A stretch of DNA of 62,014 nt, filler included. It is 5 parts of 5 records of this genome, joined end to end, with 100 filler letters (N's around TTAATTAATTAA, not from the genome) between each part and the next. Parts side by side here need not be neighbours in the genome. Positions count along the whole stretch, not along the records: positions 9,199 to 28,143 come from SRR20825006_2746; 4 more parts are not named here. One strand, given 5' to 3'. Below the pieces are notes generated by a model, which worked only from the letters and a program-made list of their open reading frames with translations, was not told where the DNA came from and made no database searches. How positions within the stretch are numbered: the stretch's first letter is position 1; every line of letters starts with the position of its first letter. Below are positions 9,200 through 20,178 of this stretch, one piece after another. The position numbers were made by a program, and so were the translations under genes.

Positions 9200-9844
9200 C
9201 AGATTCTGCTCGCCGACGAAATCAACCGGGCAACGCCACGAACACAGGCATCGTTGCTCGAAGCGATGGCGGAAGCCCGCGTCACCGTCGACGGAAAATC
9301 CTACACGCTCAATCCGCCGTTCTTGGTCATTGCAACACAAAACCCTGTCGATCACGAAGGCACGTTCCCTCTTCCAGAGGCACAACTCGATCGTTTCTTG
9401 ATGCGGTTCTCTCTGGGTTACCCATCGATCGAAGAAGAATTGCGAATGCTTGATCTGCTGCAATTCAAACATCCGGTTGATTCGATGACCGCCGTTGCTA
9501 CCGCCGAACAATTGGTCGCGGCGCAGCAAGCGATTCGATCCGTTCACGTCGACCCACGTGTCCGACACTACTTGCTTCAAATCGTTCACCAAACTCGGAA
9601 CAACGAAAACCTCGCTCTCGGAGGCAGTCCCCGAGCAACGATCGCGTTGTTCCGATGCAGCCAAGCGATGGCGGCCATCCGCGGTCGAACCTTTGTTACC
9701 CCCGACGATGTCAAGAAGATCATCGCACCCGTCATGAATCACCGATTGATCCTTCGACCCGAAAGCCGCCTGCGAAAGCTGACCACGGAAAAAGTCCTGG
9801 AAGAAATCCTCAGCGAAATCGCGGTGCCAACCATCTCATCATGA
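9200..9844 (+). CDS. moxR: MoxR-family AAA+ ATPase (5'-truncated)
   Basis: [40 protein letters not shown]. Confidence 0.93.
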   Translation, partial: QILLADEINRATPRTQASLLEAMAEARVTVDGKSYTLNPPFLVIATQNPVDHEGTFPLPEAQLDRFLMRFSLGYPSIEEELRMLDLLQFKHPVDSMTAVATAEQLVAAQQAIRSVHVDPRVRHYLLQIVHQTRNNENLALGGSPRATIALFRCSQAMAAIRGRTFVTPDDVKKIIAPVMNHRLILRPESRLRKLTTEKVLEEILSEIAVPTISS

Positions 9845-11256
9845 CGGACAATGGCAACGCAGCGGATTCCACTTCCGGTCCGCCCGCTCCTTCGCGTTGG
9901 CTGACGATCGTTGTCGTGTGCGCGATCGTTGTCTTCTTGGGAATGGTCGCCGGTGCAGGATTGTGGATGACCGCCGCGATCACCGTTGCCTCCGTCGTCG
10001 CAATCGGCAACTGGGTCGCAACTCAGTGGTCCGCCGGAGTCGTCGCCGTCCGTTTGGACTCGCCCGAAGAAGGCCGTGATCTCGAGGTCGTGATTGGATC
10101 GTTGATCCCCGTCACCGTCGAAGTCACCAACCAAGGCAAATTGCCCGTCGCGTGGGTCTTGGCCGAAGATTTGATTCCTCGCGGAGCGACACAACAAGCT
10201 CGCCAAGCGGACGGCATGGTACTCGACCCACGCACCACGCCGCTTCCCATCGAAGGCGCTCGGTTGGCCGTCATGGCATTGTTGCCTGGCCAATCCAAAC
10301 GCATTGAATACTCGGTGCGTTGTCACCGGCGTGGATACTTTCAGATCGGTCCGACGGTGTTGGAAACCGGCGACCCAGTTGGAATGTTTCGCCGTTATCG
10401 GTTGGGGGCACGCCCCATGTTTGTGACTGTCCTTCCCAAAGTCCAACTGCTTTCAACCTATGAAATTGGCTCGCGTCGACCCATTGGCGAGATCAAAATC
10501 CGTGCCTCTTCGATGACCGATCCAACACGTCTGCGAGGCATCCGGCAATGGCAGATCGGTGATCCATTGCGCAGTGTTCACTGGGCGGCCACCGCCCGAA
10601 CCGGAACGCTGCATAGCAAAGTCTACGAGCCATCTTCCGTTGCCGGCGCGACAATCATTCTGGATCTGCACGTCGACACCAATCCCGACCAACACGAACC
10701 GCTTCGCACTGACCTGACGATCACGACCGCGGCTTCCATCGCGGCGGCGCTGCATGATGCGGGCGAGCCCTTTGGATTGGCGACAAACGGCCGAGATGCC
10801 GCCGATCGAATTCGAACCGAAGGTTTCCGAGGGGACCACCGGGTGCGAGATGCTTCTGTGAAAGCCGCTTCCCTGAAACAACTCAACGAACGATTGCGAC
10901 CAGTCATTGTCAACGTCGATCGTGGGCCGGTGCATCTAAAAGAAATGTTTCGAACGCTGGCACGTCTCGAACGCACCGATGGCCTGACACTGGCCGAGTT
11001 CCTCGTGGAAACTGAATCGCAGCTTTCCAGCGAAACGACCATGTTGGTGATGCTGCAGCAAGCCACCGAAGCCGACATCGCCGCGTTGGTTGGTCTATCA
11101 CGTCGCGGATGGGCGATCGCCGTTGTGATCAACACACTCGACATCGATCGCTATTCCCGCATGGCCGGTCCGCTGCTGGCCGAACGCATTCACGTCAGCC
11201 ATTTACAAAGCGAAGACAGCATCATGGACGTCTGCCGAGCCCAGATGGCTCGCTGA
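9841..11256 (+). CDS. DUF58 domain membrane protein (MoxR partner)
   Basis: ATGA overlap with moxR; two N-terminal TM helices; [30 protein letters not shown] is the DUF58 motif. Confidence 0.88.
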   Translation: MTDNGNAADSTSGPPAPSRWLTIVVVCAIVVFLGMVAGAGLWMTAAITVASVVAIGNWVATQWSAGVVAVRLDSPEEGRDLEVVIGSLIPVTVEVTNQGKLPVAWVLAEDLIPRGATQQARQADGMVLDPRTTPLPIEGARLAVMALLPGQSKRIEYSVRCHRRGYFQIGPTVLETGDPVGMFRRYRLGARPMFVTVLPKVQLLSTYEIGSRRPIGEIKIRASSMTDPTRLRGIRQWQIGDPLRSVHWAATARTGTLHSKVYEPSSVAGATIILDLHVDTNPDQHEPLRTDLTITTAASIAAALHDAGEPFGLATNGRDAADRIRTEGFRGDHRVRDASVKAASLKQLNERLRPVIVNVDRGPVHLKEMFRTLARLERTDGLTLAEFLVETESQLSSETTMLVMLQQATEADIAALVGLSRRGWAIAVVINTLDIDRYSRMAGPLLAERIHVSHLQSEDSIMDVCRAQMAR

Positions 11257-11671
11257 AGGAAACTGCCGTTCCAAGCGATGGTCAAAACTCGCTTCAAGCC
11301 GGCAGTCTCCATAGACCATTTGCGTCGTCTAAACAGAGCAAGAAGGTTTTTCACTTCTCTATAGCCTTGTCACCAAACATGGTTTCCGAGCAAAACCGAC
11401 CGACAAACGTGATTCGTTGCCGTAGTCGACGAAGCGAACCGCTCGCAAAACGTTTACGTTTGAGTTGAAATTCGGCCTTGGTAAGAATACGTTTCAATCA
11501 GATTCGGTTGCGAATTTTGATTGATGTTCGCATCCCGATTCCGCCCGCCCCTCTTCCCACCACTTACGACGTTCCGCGAAGCCTTCACCGAGCGACCACG
11601 ACGGCGCCGCTCGCCTGCTGCTTCCTCCCACGTCGCAAGGCCCGCCAACCTGGGCCACAGCGTTTCCATAG

Positions 11672-14113
11672 ATGAATTTGATGTCTCCCACATTCGGCCA
11701 TTGGCGTTTCCGAATCACACTCGCATTGTTCGCGGCAATGCTCGGACAATCCGTGAATCGGACGGCAGTCTTTGCCCAGCAACCTCCCGAGCAACTCACC
11801 GAGTTCCTGGAACTGAACTGCACCTACTGTCACGATGCAGACACTCGGGAAGGTGACTTGGACCTGGATTCGTTGACTTTGGAACTGGCTGACCCAGATA
11901 ACTTTCATCTTTGGGAACGAGTCTTCGATCGAATTCGCGAAGGCGAGATGCCACCGGATGAGGAACTGGATCCCGCGGAATCCAAACCGTTCCTGGCCAA
12001 ACTGCATGGCATTCTCGATTCAGCCGACAACCATCGCATCACAACCGAAGGCCGAGTCCCCGCCAGACGACTGACACGCACCCAATACGAACGCAATGTA
12101 TGTGAGCTTTTGGCGATCGATGTGCCACTGCGAAGCTTCCTTCCCGAAGAATCACTCGCGAATGGTTTCGACACGGTCTCCAGCAGCCAACAATTATCGG
12201 ATCATTCGCTTGCGGCGTATCTCGACGCGGCTGACTTCGCGTTGCAGACCGCTTTTGATCAATTGCTTTTGAATGACGCTTCGGCGGACGATGCCATCCA
12301 AACAATGCACTTGGATTGGACTCAACTTCGCCGCAACGAACGACGAACGGATCGGGAACCTGAAGGCCGGCCTGATCACAAGGACATTGTTTCTTGGTCA
12401 AGCAGCCAAAACTTCTACGGCCGAATGCCAGCGACGTCGGTGCCCGCCACGGGACGTTACCGCGTGCGAGTGAAGGCACACTCGGTCAACACTCCCGATT
12501 TGGGACGGGTTTGGTGCAGCGTCAATAGCGGCGTCTGTTCGGGCAAAGCGTCCACGATGTACTGGATCGGAAGCATCGAGGCGACGGAAGAAACACAGGT
12601 CTACGAATTCAACGCCTGGATTCGCGAAGGACACATGCTTCAGATCGTTCCCAATGACCACGGCATCCGCCGAGTCGCCGCCAAGGCGGTTGATTCGAAA
12701 CCGGGCGTGGTGGAGAAAATGGGCGTGTCCGGAATCGCGATCCAGTGGATCGAACTGGAACCGCTCGCAGACGATCGTGAGAAGATCAAAGAGTCCTTGA
12801 TCGGAGATCTAAAACTTCGACCGATCGATGCCGCCAACAAGAACCGCTTTAAAATCGTCTCCCCCAATCCCAAACGGGATCTGAAACGGCTCATTCAAAC
12901 ATTTGCCGAACGAGCCTATCGACAAGATGTCGAGCCGTCCGAGTTGGAAGCATTCTTCGAATTCGCCGAAGCAAAACGCCAATCCAGCCGTTCGATGGCC
13001 GAGGCACTACGAGCGGGCTATCGAGCGATCTTGTGCTCGTCACGATTCCTCTACTTCGATGAATCACCGGGCGTGCTTTCCGACGATGCTCTCGCGAATC
13101 GGTTGAGCCATTTTCTGTGGGGTCGAGCACCGGACGAGAAGCTTCGACAACTCGCCCATGCCGGCAAACTACACGAACCAGAAGTCTTGCGAACCCAAAC
13201 AGAAAGACTACTCAACGACACGAAGTCGCAAGCTGCAATCGAAGAATTCACCGACCAATGGTTGGAACTCTACGAACTCAACAGCACAACGCCTGATGGC
13301 AAACTGTACCCCGAATACGATCTCGTTCTGCATCAATCGCTGCCGGATGAAACGCACGCGTTCGTTGCGGAACTGATTCGCGAGAATCTACCAGTGACGA
13401 ATCTTGTGGATTCGGACTTCACTTTTTTGAACGAACGTTTGGCCCGCCACTACGGGATCAACTGGCCTGGCGGAACCGACCTAAAACGCATCTCAATCGA
13501 CGACGATTGCCGGCGGGGTGGCATCATCACTCACGCCAGCGTTCTCAAAGTCACGGCCAATGGCACAACGACATCGCCAATCATTCGCGGTGTTTGGATG
13601 CTGGAAAAAATCATTGGCGAACATGTGCCCCCGCCGCCTGCAAACGTCCCGGCCGTCGAACCCGATATTCGAGGTGCAACATCGATCCGCGATCAACTCG
13701 ACAAACACCGCAACATCGACAGCTGTGCCGCATGCCACGTGAAAATTGATCCGCCCGGTTTTGCACTGGAAAGCTACGACGTGATTGGCGGGTGGCGAGA
13801 AAGCTACCGAGCGGTTTCTCCACAAAACCCCAGACGCTGGGTTCCCGGTCTGCCGATCGATCCGAGCCACGCTTTCACGAGCGGCGAAGCCTTCGACGAT
13901 ATCGAGGGACTGAAGTCCATCCTGGCTAATCATCCCGATCAATTAGCGAAGAATATGGCGTCGCAGTTTGTTACCTACTCAACCGGTGCGGCACCAACGT
14001 TTGCCGACCGCGACGAATTGCAACGCATTGTTCAAGCCACCCAAACCGACGACTACGGAGTCCGATCACTTATCCACGAAGTGGTCCAAAGCCCGCTGTT
14101 CCAAAACAAATAG
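11672..14113 (+). CDS. Planctomycete cytochrome-c plus DUF1587/1595/1592/1588/1585 multidomain exported protein
   Basis: Signal peptide; CTYCH and CAACH heme motifs; RRLTRTQYE, LANRLSHFLW...PD, FLNERLARHYG, TSPIIRGVW, IDPPGFALESYD. Confidence 0.88.
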   Translation: MNLMSPTFGHWRFRITLALFAAMLGQSVNRTAVFAQQPPEQLTEFLELNCTYCHDADTREGDLDLDSLTLELADPDNFHLWERVFDRIREGEMPPDEELDPAESKPFLAKLHGILDSADNHRITTEGRVPARRLTRTQYERNVCELLAIDVPLRSFLPEESLANGFDTVSSSQQLSDHSLAAYLDAADFALQTAFDQLLLNDASADDAIQTMHLDWTQLRRNERRTDREPEGRPDHKDIVSWSSSQNFYGRMPATSVPATGRYRVRVKAHSVNTPDLGRVWCSVNSGVCSGKASTMYWIGSIEATEETQVYEFNAWIREGHMLQIVPNDHGIRRVAAKAVDSKPGVVEKMGVSGIAIQWIELEPLADDREKIKESLIGDLKLRPIDAANKNRFKIVSPNPKRDLKRLIQTFAERAYRQDVEPSELEAFFEFAEAKRQSSRSMAEALRAGYRAILCSSRFLYFDESPGVLSDDALANRLSHFLWGRAPDEKLRQLAHAGKLHEPEVLRTQTERLLNDTKSQAAIEEFTDQWLELYELNSTTPDGKLYPEYDLVLHQSLPDETHAFVAELIRENLPVTNLVDSDFTFLNERLARHYGINWPGGTDLKRISIDDDCRRGGIITHASVLKVTANGTTTSPIIRGVWMLEKIIGEHVPPPPANVPAVEPDIRGATSIRDQLDKHRNIDSCAACHVKIDPPGFALESYDVIGGWRESYRAVSPQNPRRWVPGLPIDPSHAFTSGEAFDDIEGLKSILANHPDQLAKNMASQFVTYSTGAAPTFADRDELQRIVQATQTDDYGVRSLIHEVVQSPLFQNK

Positions 14114-14118
14114 ATCAC

Positions 14119-15411
14119 ATGAAATCCAAATCGTTCGCGAAGAACCAATCGCTGTCTCGTCGCACCGTTCTGCGAGGTGCAGGTGTCACCATGGCATTGC
14201 CTTGGTTGGATTCCATGGTGCCCGCGTTCGGGCGGGAAACTGATTCGGTGGCCAACCCGCCCCGTCGATTCGTCGGCATCAGCAACGCGCTCGGGTTCCA
14301 TGCCCCGTTTCTTTTTCCTGAAAAAAGTGGACGTGACTACGAAACGACTCGCTATCTAAAGCCTATCGAGGACCTACGCGACCAATTCACCGTGATCTCG
14401 GGCTCGTCCCACCCTGGCGTCGGCGGCGGCCACAAAGCCGAGCCGTGTATTCTCTCAGCGGCACCCTACAGCGGATCGAACTTTCGAAACACGATTTCGC
14501 TCGACCAATTGATGGTCCGCGAACAAGGCGAAATGACAAGATTCCCATCGCTGGTTCTCAGTGCCAACGGAACAACGAGCACGTCGTACACAGCCAACGG
14601 TTCGATGATCCCACCGATCAATTCGCCGCAAAAATTGTTTGCGCAGCTCTTTATCGACGACAGCCCCGCGGCACAGCGAGCCCAAGAACAACGGATTCGC
14701 GAAGGCCGCAGCATCATGGATTTGGTTGCTGCCGAAGCCAAAACGATGCAGCGCCGACTTGGACCGACCGACCGAGACAAACTGAACGCTTACTTCACCA
14801 GCGTTCGCGATTTGGAACGCCGGCTGGAAATGAACCAGGGGTGGTCCAAACGCGCCAAACCAAAGGTCAACGAACAAACGCCGGATCCGGTGTCTGACAA
14901 CAGCCACACAATCGCGAAACAGTCTGCCATGCATGACGTGATCTACTTGGCCATTCAAACCGATAGCACACGGTTCATCACCATGCACACCGATGGTGGA
15001 GGCGAACGCGTGCCGCTGGCGGGCGTCGAACAGGGCTATCACCAACTCAGCCACCACGGTCGCGATGAAGAAAAGATCACACAACTTGGAATCATCGAAG
15101 AAGCCCAAATGCAATCTTGGGGCAACCTGGTGCGGCGAATGCACGAAACTCAAGAAGGCAACGGAACCTTGCTTGACCACACGATGCTGTTGTTAACCTC
15201 CAACCTGGGCAACGCGTCATCCCACGACACCAAAAACATGCCCGTCATCGTCGCCGGCGGTGGATTTCGCCACGGACAGCACTTGGCATTTGACAAAGCG
15301 AACAACTACCCACTGCCCAACTTGTACACGTCAATGCTGCAACGTCTAGATATCGAAGTCGATTCCTTCGCCAGCGCCACCGGCACGATGCGAGGCCTCG
15401 ATTTCGCCTGA
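14119..15411 (+). CDS. DUF1552 domain protein with Tat signal
   Basis: SRRTVLRGAG...LPWLDSM twin-arginine leader; ISLDQ, YFTSVRDLERRL, HQLSHH, SNLGNASSH. Confidence 0.88.
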   Translation: MKSKSFAKNQSLSRRTVLRGAGVTMALPWLDSMVPAFGRETDSVANPPRRFVGISNALGFHAPFLFPEKSGRDYETTRYLKPIEDLRDQFTVISGSSHPGVGGGHKAEPCILSAAPYSGSNFRNTISLDQLMVREQGEMTRFPSLVLSANGTTSTSYTANGSMIPPINSPQKLFAQLFIDDSPAAQRAQEQRIREGRSIMDLVAAEAKTMQRRLGPTDRDKLNAYFTSVRDLERRLEMNQGWSKRAKPKVNEQTPDPVSDNSHTIAKQSAMHDVIYLAIQTDSTRFITMHTDGGGERVPLAGVEQGYHQLSHHGRDEEKITQLGIIEEAQMQSWGNLVRRMHETQEGNGTLLDHTMLLLTSNLGNASSHDTKNMPVIVAGGGFRHGQHLAFDKANNYPLPNLYTSMLQRLDIEVDSFASATGTMRGLDFA

Positions 15412-15492
15412 TCACCAAACGGCGTCCGATCGCTTGCAAAACGCTTGGGCAATCATCAAAGACTACTTGCCAGTGAGACTCGCAATCGCGAC

Positions 15493-17124
15493 TCACTGCA
15501 AATACTGATGCACGCAAGTGATCGCCAACGCCCCGTCACCCACCGCGAACGCACACCGCTTGGTCGTTCCGCTTCGAACATCACCGCAAGCGAACACACC
15601 CGGGCTGGTTGTTTCCAATTCGCAAGGCGTGCGTCCTTCCGGCAGTTTGTCGTGGTGATGGATCATCGGACCCGTCATCACAAAGCCGCGGTCGTCCAAA
15701 GCCACCGAATCAGGTAACCATTCGGTGTGAGGCTTCGCACCGACAAAGATGAACGCCGATGGACAATCCAACGTCGCGCGTTCTTCGGTTTGGTTGTTTC
15801 GAATTTCAACGCGTTCCAAATGCTTGTCGCCCGCCATCTCGCAGATCTCGGTGTGACACATCACATCAATGTTCGATTGTTTTTCGATCCGATCCGCCAA
15901 GTAACTCGACATGCCTTTGCGAAGATCGTTCCCGCGAAGAAGCAAACGGACGTCGTCGGCATGTTGCGACAAAAACATCGCTGCTTGCCCGGCCGAGTTT
16001 CCGCCTCCGACCACGACCGCGGTCGATTCTCGGCACAGTCTCGCCTCGACGGATGTGGCGGAGTAGTACACACCCATGCCTTCAAACCGTTCACAAGCGT
16101 CCAGAGGCAATCGTTGATAGGACGCTCCAGTCGCGATCAAAACGGTGCGTGTTCGAACCTTTTGGCCGGTGCAAAAGCTGACGACGTGAACACCCTTGTC
16201 GTCTCGCACGATCGACGCGACAGAAACCGGTGCGGTGAACTGTGCCCCAAACTTCAACGCTTGCAGATACCCGCGATTGGCCAGATCTGCACCGGTCAAA
16301 CCCGAGGGAAACCCCATGTAGTTTTCAATTCGCGAACTTTGTCCCGCTTGGCCGCCAGGTCCCATTCGATCAACAACCAATGTTCGCAAACCTTCGGATG
16401 CTCCATAAACCGCCGCGGCTAAACCAGCTGGTCCCGCGCCGACGATCAACACATCGTAAAGCTCATCAGGAATGTCGCGACAAATCCCCAAACACTCGGC
16501 AACATCGGCGAGCGATGGTTTGCGGACCACACGCTTGCCGCATCCCAACACCGGAGTTTCATTTTCGGCAACGTCCCACTCACGCAGCAACTCCTTGCCC
16601 GCGTCGGTGTCCGTGTCAAACAGAGTGTGAGGAACTTTGTTCTTGTAGAAAAACTCTTGCAGGTGCACCGTCTCTTTCGAGTGACTCGATCCCGCCAAAC
16701 GAATCCCCAAAAATCCAGACGCTTCCAACCGTGCACGACGCAGCTGAAACGCGTCGAGCAATTTGTCGCTCAAACTTGGGATTTCTCCCAGCATGCGGCG
16801 GATACGACAGGCCGTCACTTCGATCGTTTCACAATCACCCCTGGCAACCGCGCTGATCACCGCGGGGCGTCCGGTGAGCAAATCGACATCACCGGCGAAC
16901 GAATTGGCCTCGTGCAAAGCGACCTCGCGAGGTTCGCCGTGAGAATGATCCAAGATGCTGACCGCACCCGATTTGATCGCAAAAAAGGAATAATCCATTT
17001 CGCCGAGATCAAACAGTTGCTCGCCATCGGAGAACTGGCGAACAGTTCCAATGTCTTCCAGACAGGCCAACTCTTCCTCGGTCAAACGAGGAAACGCTGC
17101 GTTGTCAGACGATTCGTGAAGCAT
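15493..17124 (-). CDS. Cyclic-nucleotide-binding-domain / thioredoxin-reductase-like FAD oxidoreductase
   Basis: N-terminal cNMP/CAP fold (FAGDVDLLTGRP); IVGAGPAG, GGQAGQSSRIENYMGFP, VVGGGNSAGQAA, FACGDVRSG. Confidence 0.88.
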   Translation of the reverse strand: MLHESSDNAAFPRLTEEELACLEDIGTVRQFSDGEQLFDLGEMDYSFFAIKSGAVSILDHSHGEPREVALHEANSFAGDVDLLTGRPAVISAVARGDCETIEVTACRIRRMLGEIPSLSDKLLDAFQLRRARLEASGFLGIRLAGSSHSKETVHLQEFFYKNKVPHTLFDTDTDAGKELLREWDVAENETPVLGCGKRVVRKPSLADVAECLGICRDIPDELYDVLIVGAGPAGLAAAVYGASEGLRTLVVDRMGPGGQAGQSSRIENYMGFPSGLTGADLANRGYLQALKFGAQFTAPVSVASIVRDDKGVHVVSFCTGQKVRTRTVLIATGASYQRLPLDACERFEGMGVYYSATSVEARLCRESTAVVVGGGNSAGQAAMFLSQHADDVRLLLRGNDLRKGMSSYLADRIEKQSNIDVMCHTEICEMAGDKHLERVEIRNNQTEERATLDCPSAFIFVGAKPHTEWLPDSVALDDRGFVMTGPMIHHHDKLPEGRTPCELETTSPGVFACGDVRSGTTKRCAFAVGDGALAITCVHQYLQ

Positions 17125-17254
17125 GGATGTGATCCGAACGGATAAGGAGAATTCTTAGTTCGCCCCAGTAGACCAAATTTTGACCGATTAAAATCCCCGC
17201 CGCAGAACCAGCCAATCAACTCAATTTTGACTGCGTGACTCTGCAATCCGAGGG

Positions 17255-17545
17255 TCAAACAATCTGCGTCATCTCATAGATTTGAATGCCTTCAACTGCT
17301 CCTTCGGTTGCCGCACCGAAGTCCTTGAGCGGCTGGCCGGCGGAGTGTTGCTGCCACAATTCACGCGATTCCCAATTTTCATAGAACATGAAATGAGCTG
17401 GGTTTTCGTTATCTTGGTGCAAGTCGTAATTCACGCAGCCTTCTTCCTTCAGCGTCGGAGGAATCAGCTTTAGCAATTCGCTTTTGACGAGTTCGACTTG
17501 GTCTTTTTTCGAGGTGATGTGCGCAACGATGGTCAGATTTGCCAT
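17255..17545 (-). CDS. Putative quinol monooxygenase (ABM/YgiN family)
   Basis: TLKEEGCVNYDLHQD...FMFYENW...H pattern; 96 aa. Confidence 0.85.
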   Translation of the reverse strand: MANLTIVAHITSKKDQVELVKSELLKLIPPTLKEEGCVNYDLHQDNENPAHFMFYENWESRELWQQHSAGQPLKDFGAATEGAVEGIQIYEMTQIV

Positions 17546-17604
17546 GAGAATCCAATCAGAGTTTGAGATTTTCACCGACGGACAATCCGCGGTGCAAGAG
17601 AGTT

Positions 17605-19338
17605 TCAGCCGCCGACTTCGGCCAACCTTTTCGCGAAGGCTTCGTAAGGCAGCGTGTTGGCGACATCCGCCGCGGTCAGTCCCCCACGGCGTGCTTGTCG
17701 GATGCCATACCGCATCACCCACAAACCATCGGTGACGTGTGCGTCGGTGTTGATCACAATCGGAATGCCGCGTTTCTTGGCCGCAGACAAGTGCACATCG
17801 TTCAAATCCAACCGAGCCGGATTCGCATTCAGTTCTAGAAACTTGTTGTTCTCTTTCGCGGCTTGCATCACCGCATCCATGTCCACGTCGTAGGCCTCAC
17901 GGCGATTCAAGATTCGACCGGTTGGGTGAGCGATGCAGTCGACGTGCGGGTTTTCAATCGCTCCCAAAATCCGATCGGTGATTTGGTCTCGTGGCTGTTT
18001 CTGACCATAGTGAACACTGCCGAGAATCCAATCGCCCTGTTCCAACACCTCATCGGGCAAATCCATGCCACCGGCCTCGAGGATGTCGCACTCGATGCCC
18101 TTCAAAATCACCAAACGACCTTCGTACTTCGGACGGATCTCGTCGATGATCTCCCATTGCTTCAGCAAACGTTCGGCGTCCAGTCCGCCGGCCATCGTGA
18201 CACGTTTGCTGTGATCCGTGATCGCGATGTATTTCAATCCTCGCTCGATCGCCGCATCGGCCATCTCGGCAATCGTGTTTTGACCATCCGTTGCCGATGT
18301 GTGCATGTGCAAGTCACCTAGCACATCATCGGTGTCGATCAGATTCGGCAACGAGTCGGATTTGGCCCAATCGAATTCGTTTCGATCCTCACGCAACTCC
18401 GGTGCAATCCATGGCAAACCGATCGACTGATAAACGTCCTCTTCCGTCGCACCGGCCACACGAGATTCATCATCGAGTTTGAAGACACCGTACTCGTTGA
18501 TCTTCAACCCGTGATCCTTCGCGATTCGCCGCACGTGAATGTTGTGAGCTTGACTGCCGGTGAAGTACTGCAGAGCGGCGCCAAACTCCTCTGCATCGAC
18601 CAACCGCATGTCGACTTGGAAAGCTTTGCCAACTCGAATCGACATCTTCGTATCGCCACGTCCGATGACAGAAACCAATCCAGGAAAATTCGCGAGGTGA
18701 TCCATTGCCGCTTCTCGGTCGGATGCGACGGCTAGCAAATCCAAATCGCCGACCGTGTCGCGACCTCGTCGATAGCTGCCTGCCCACTCCATCTGCTCGA
18801 TCGCATCGCACGCCTGCACGTGCTTGCCAATCTCTCGAGTCAGGTCATCCGCCTTGGACCAGTAAATTCGTTCCGAAGCGGCTTTCGCAATCGCCATTCC
18901 GTCCAGAATCGCGGCCTCGGTTTTTTTGGCAAAACCTTTCAGACTTGCTACACGGCCTTCGCGGCAGGCGGCTGCCAAATCTTCCAGTGATTCAATCCCC
19001 AATTCTTCGCGAAGCTTGCTGGCCTTTTTCGCCCCCAGCCCCGGAATTCGAGACATTTGGATGACGACCTCAGGAACGGCTTCGCGGAGTTCTTCCAACT
19101 GAGGGAGCGAGCCGGTTTCGAGCAGAACCTTCGTTTTTTCCGCGATCGTTTTGCCGATCCCCGGCAACTTGGACAGATCCCGCTCGGGGTCCGAGGCCAA
19201 ATTCGCGATCGGTTCGTCAAGGTCGCGGATGGCGCGAGCACCGTTTTGATAGGCGCGAATACGGAATGGATTTTCGCCCCGAAACTCGAGCAGCTCAGCG
19301 AGCTCTTCGAAGACGGCGGCAACGGCGGAATTGTCCAT
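17605..19338 (-). CDS. polX: DNA polymerase X with PHP 3'-5' exonuclease domain
   Basis: GENPFRIRAY, HhH LPGIGK, GSYRRGRDTVGDLDLL, FTGSQAHN; PHP motifs HMHT, TDHS, GIECD, HPTGR, NTDAH. Confidence 0.95.
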   Translation of the reverse strand: MDNSAVAAVFEELAELLEFRGENPFRIRAYQNGARAIRDLDEPIANLASDPERDLSKLPGIGKTIAEKTKVLLETGSLPQLEELREAVPEVVIQMSRIPGLGAKKASKLREELGIESLEDLAAACREGRVASLKGFAKKTEAAILDGMAIAKAASERIYWSKADDLTREIGKHVQACDAIEQMEWAGSYRRGRDTVGDLDLLAVASDREAAMDHLANFPGLVSVIGRGDTKMSIRVGKAFQVDMRLVDAEEFGAALQYFTGSQAHNIHVRRIAKDHGLKINEYGVFKLDDESRVAGATEEDVYQSIGLPWIAPELREDRNEFDWAKSDSLPNLIDTDDVLGDLHMHTSATDGQNTIAEMADAAIERGLKYIAITDHSKRVTMAGGLDAERLLKQWEIIDEIRPKYEGRLVILKGIECDILEAGGMDLPDEVLEQGDWILGSVHYGQKQPRDQITDRILGAIENPHVDCIAHPTGRILNRREAYDVDMDAVMQAAKENNKFLELNANPARLDLNDVHLSAAKKRGIPIVINTDAHVTDGLWVMRYGIRQARRGGLTAADVANTLPYEAFAKRLAEVGG

Positions 19339-19383
19339 GGGAACGATTCGAACAAAGGCTTCTCGGGCGGTCAACAGAAGCCA

Positions 19384-20178
19384 TCATTCGACGCCGGAGA
19401 CGCTTTTCTTGCAATGGTGTGGCCAACTCATGGTCACCTTGGTTCCTGATTGCCCATCGGATTCCATTTGCAACGATCCCGACAACGCGTCAATCACCAA
19501 CGTCGCCACCGTCAATCCCAATCCGGCCCCATCGCGTCGATCTTTTCCCGTTCCGAGACACTCAAACGGTTCGCAGATTTTTTCCGCGTACTGGGTGTCA
19601 AACCCAACACCGTTGTCTTGAATGGCAACCGATGTGACGTCACTCGTTTTGCTAATTGCGACGATCACCTGCAGCGGTCTTGGTTCCGCTTTGAAGATCA
19701 ATGCATTGCGAAGCAGTTGCGTCATCGGAATTTCCATCAATTCACGCAGCACGCACGTCTTTGTGTCGCCTTGAATTGTCAAAGCGGCAACATCGCCGCC
19801 GATGCGTTGCCAAATATCAGCGATCAATTCCGCAACGCTGTATTCGTCCCCACCATAACGTTGGCTGGGATCCTTCGACGTCGAGTGCAATAACTCGATA
19901 CACTTCATGTGCAACGACACCATTTGGGTCAATTGCTGCATGCGTTCGGCAGCTGTGCGAACGGTTTGCAGTGAACGACGCGCGTCATCCAAATCCAAAG
20001 GCTCCGTCAACGCTTCGTCAACAAACCCTGAAAAGAACGCCACGTGCCGTGTCGGTGCACTCAAGTCGTGCATCAAACGTCGCAAATACTTCGTGTTGAT
20101 GACCGGGCCGGACGATTCCTCTGACGACTCCGTCAAAGAGTGAACGGTTGATCCATCGGACAGGGGTTCAAGAGACAT
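19384..20178 (-). CDS. Cytoplasmic histidine kinase lacking a sensor domain
   Basis: H-box MHDLSAP, N-box QLLRNAL, G1 IQDNGVGF, F-box PFECL, G2 GAGLGL; no TM segments. Confidence 0.8.
   Translation of the reverse strand: MSLEPLSDGSTVHSLTESSEESSGPVINTKYLRRLMHDLSAPTRHVAFFSGFVDEALTEPLDLDDARRSLQTVRTAAERMQQLTQMVSLHMKCIELLHSTSKDPSQRYGGDEYSVAELIADIWQRIGGDVAALTIQGDTKTCVLRELMEIPMTQLLRNALIFKAEPRPLQVIVAISKTSDVTSVAIQDNGVGFDTQYAEKICEPFECLGTGKDRRDGAGLGLTVATLVIDALSGSLQMESDGQSGTKVTMSWPHHCKKSVSGVE

Noticed and set aside
9655-9840. Extended start of the DUF58 ORF
   Set aside because: It overlaps moxR; the ATG at 9841 with ATGA coupling is the more plausible start
17605-19338. PolX as a catalytically dead variant or part of a defence or mobile element
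   Set aside because: The catalytic DxD (GDLDLL), the third Asp (QVDMR) and the PHP metal ligands are intact; it is an ordinary chromosomal PolX
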